A stretch of DNA of 64,000 bases from Basidiobolus meristosporus CBS 931.73 (taxonomy: Eukaryota; Fungi; Basidiobolomycota), in assembly GCA_002104905.1 (NCBI GenBank), contig MCFE01000228.1, positions 1-64,000 of the forward strand, read 5' to 3'. The first letter of the stretch is position 1, and each line of letters begins with the position of its first letter. The notes below the pieces were generated by a model, which was not told the origin of the DNA, made no database searches, and saw only the letters and a list, made by a program, of their open reading frames with translations. Shown here piece after piece: positions 62,430-64,000 of the stretch. The translations under genes and the position numbers were made by a program.

Positions 62430-64000
62430 TTCCCTACCACCCAAGTGTCGACTGTATTAACTATTAATGATGTCTGCATGATTTTGCCTTTACTCCATAT
62501 GATGTCCACATCTGATAAAATTACTCCGGTTTCAAAGATAGTGACTACGAAATGAGTGAATATTTCATTCAGTCTTCTTTACTTTACATGAGAATTTAAA
62601 TAGCCGATGGTTTCGCCGACAGCATATCATCCTAGCCAATCAAGAGTATAGCAGAATGGAACATATGACATTCCAGTCCTTCAGACGTGTTAACTCTCTC
62701 ACGAGGGCTCTAACCAATAGTGTTGGCTTGATTAATTCAGAATCGTAGCCCTGTAGGTAAATAGTGATGGAACTTGAACTTGTTGGAGACTCGGGTTTCA
62801 ATTACAAATGGTAAGCTGCTGTGTAAAGCTGGATGAAGTATCGACTCTGCCTTAGGCGTTTATTATTAACATGGAGTTTATGGATTGAGACGGAAATGCT
62901 CCTGAATCAGGGATGAGCTTGCACATTACCAATACAGTCAGCAACATCAGCTCTCATTGCAGATTTACAGCAATGTTCAGTCCGGATTTGGGGATGGGGG
63001 CTTCTTCTATCTTCACTCGAGTCTTGAGTCCTAACTGGACGACCTACACTTTGCCTAGACGCCACTCATTCTCGTCAGGCCAGTAGAACCGGTTGATGAC
63101 AGAGATCGGGGAGAGGTGATTCCTGATACCCTGGAGTCTACCAACAGCTATCCATCTCCTCTCGACGGGGCCGACTTTGCCAGTTTGTGGTTGAGCAAAG
63201 GAGCGGTTGAAATACCTTTGGTTGGGTTGAGATGGCTCCATGGTCCTAATGTGATCACTTCTTAGACTAATAAATGAGATAAAAGATTTATGAAAGATTC
63301 AACTGCGAATGAAATCATATCAATTACGATATAATCAACACTGATTCATCTTGACTTTTTTGGTATTTCCTGATCCTAATATCTTCGTTGCCAGTCTCGA
63401 AGGAGACAATATTCTCGCCACCTCCACGGAGATGCTGTCATGTAGAGACAACTGACGAGTGCCTCATATGCGTTTGGGTGGCTGCTTCGCTCACAGCGTA
63501 TGGGTGGTTTGTAGTCAGGCTAGTTTCGAAGCGCTGGGGGGGGGGTTTCTGGCTGTCAGGTATGCAGACCACTGCAGATAACATCCACTGTCTACATTAG
63601 ATCAATTGTATCGCTTGCAAGAAACATAGGCCGCTGGCATACGGTAACAGATTGCACATTGGGCATTACCTGCGCCGAAATTTAGCTGCCTCAAATAAAA
63701 CTGGTGGTGAGTAAAACTTGATTTATAATACGTTCGACAGCCTGCCAGCAACTTGTTGCTATTGCTCTAAATCATTTGTCTAGAACTGCTCTGTATAAGA
63801 CCCCCCGCTGCATACTGAGAGTGAGAAATCAGGATATTGGAAACACAATCTCATGGAGTCCCAATCCCACTGAATCCCAAGTATTGTCCATATCACGGCC
63901 ACGTCAGAAAATCGGCCATAGAGGCCTTTGAAGTGCGCCATGGGAACATTGTTTCATCAGCTCTTCTCAAGCTAGGTGGAGAAATAATCACTACGATTCA

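Overview
Fungal genomic DNA. It has short GT-AG introns, an alpha-aminoadipate-pathway LYS1 and Zn2Cys6 factors, and looks like an early-diverging lineage (Zoopagomycota or Mucoromycota); the lineage is inferred, not shown. The left part (0.3-30 kb) carries an intronless, secreted, bacterial-type sphingomyelinase C, a cAMP-receptor/Git3-like GPCR, a small membrane protein, YHM2, ATP3, two Ecl1-family paralogs, LYS1, a DUF1752/DUF3295 protein and a GPATCH1 homolog. From about 30.8 to 42.7 kb lies a gene-free island made almost entirely of one Ty1/copia family. It contains LTR-sharing tandem copies, solo LTRs inserted into older LTRs with visible 5-bp target-site duplications, and a Ty5/Drosophila-copia-type half-tRNAi-Met primer site. 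An LTR hairpin coincides with two rearrangement junctions, and CpG decay is strong. The right part carries an alpha-arrestin, a DPP-IV peptidase, a CA3427/THI5-like binding-fold protein, a near-identical 1.28 kb inverted duplication inside a Zn2Cys6 transcription factor gene pair, and an unknown acidic protein. No tRNA, rRNA or CRISPR array was seen. All coordinates and counts were made by eye.
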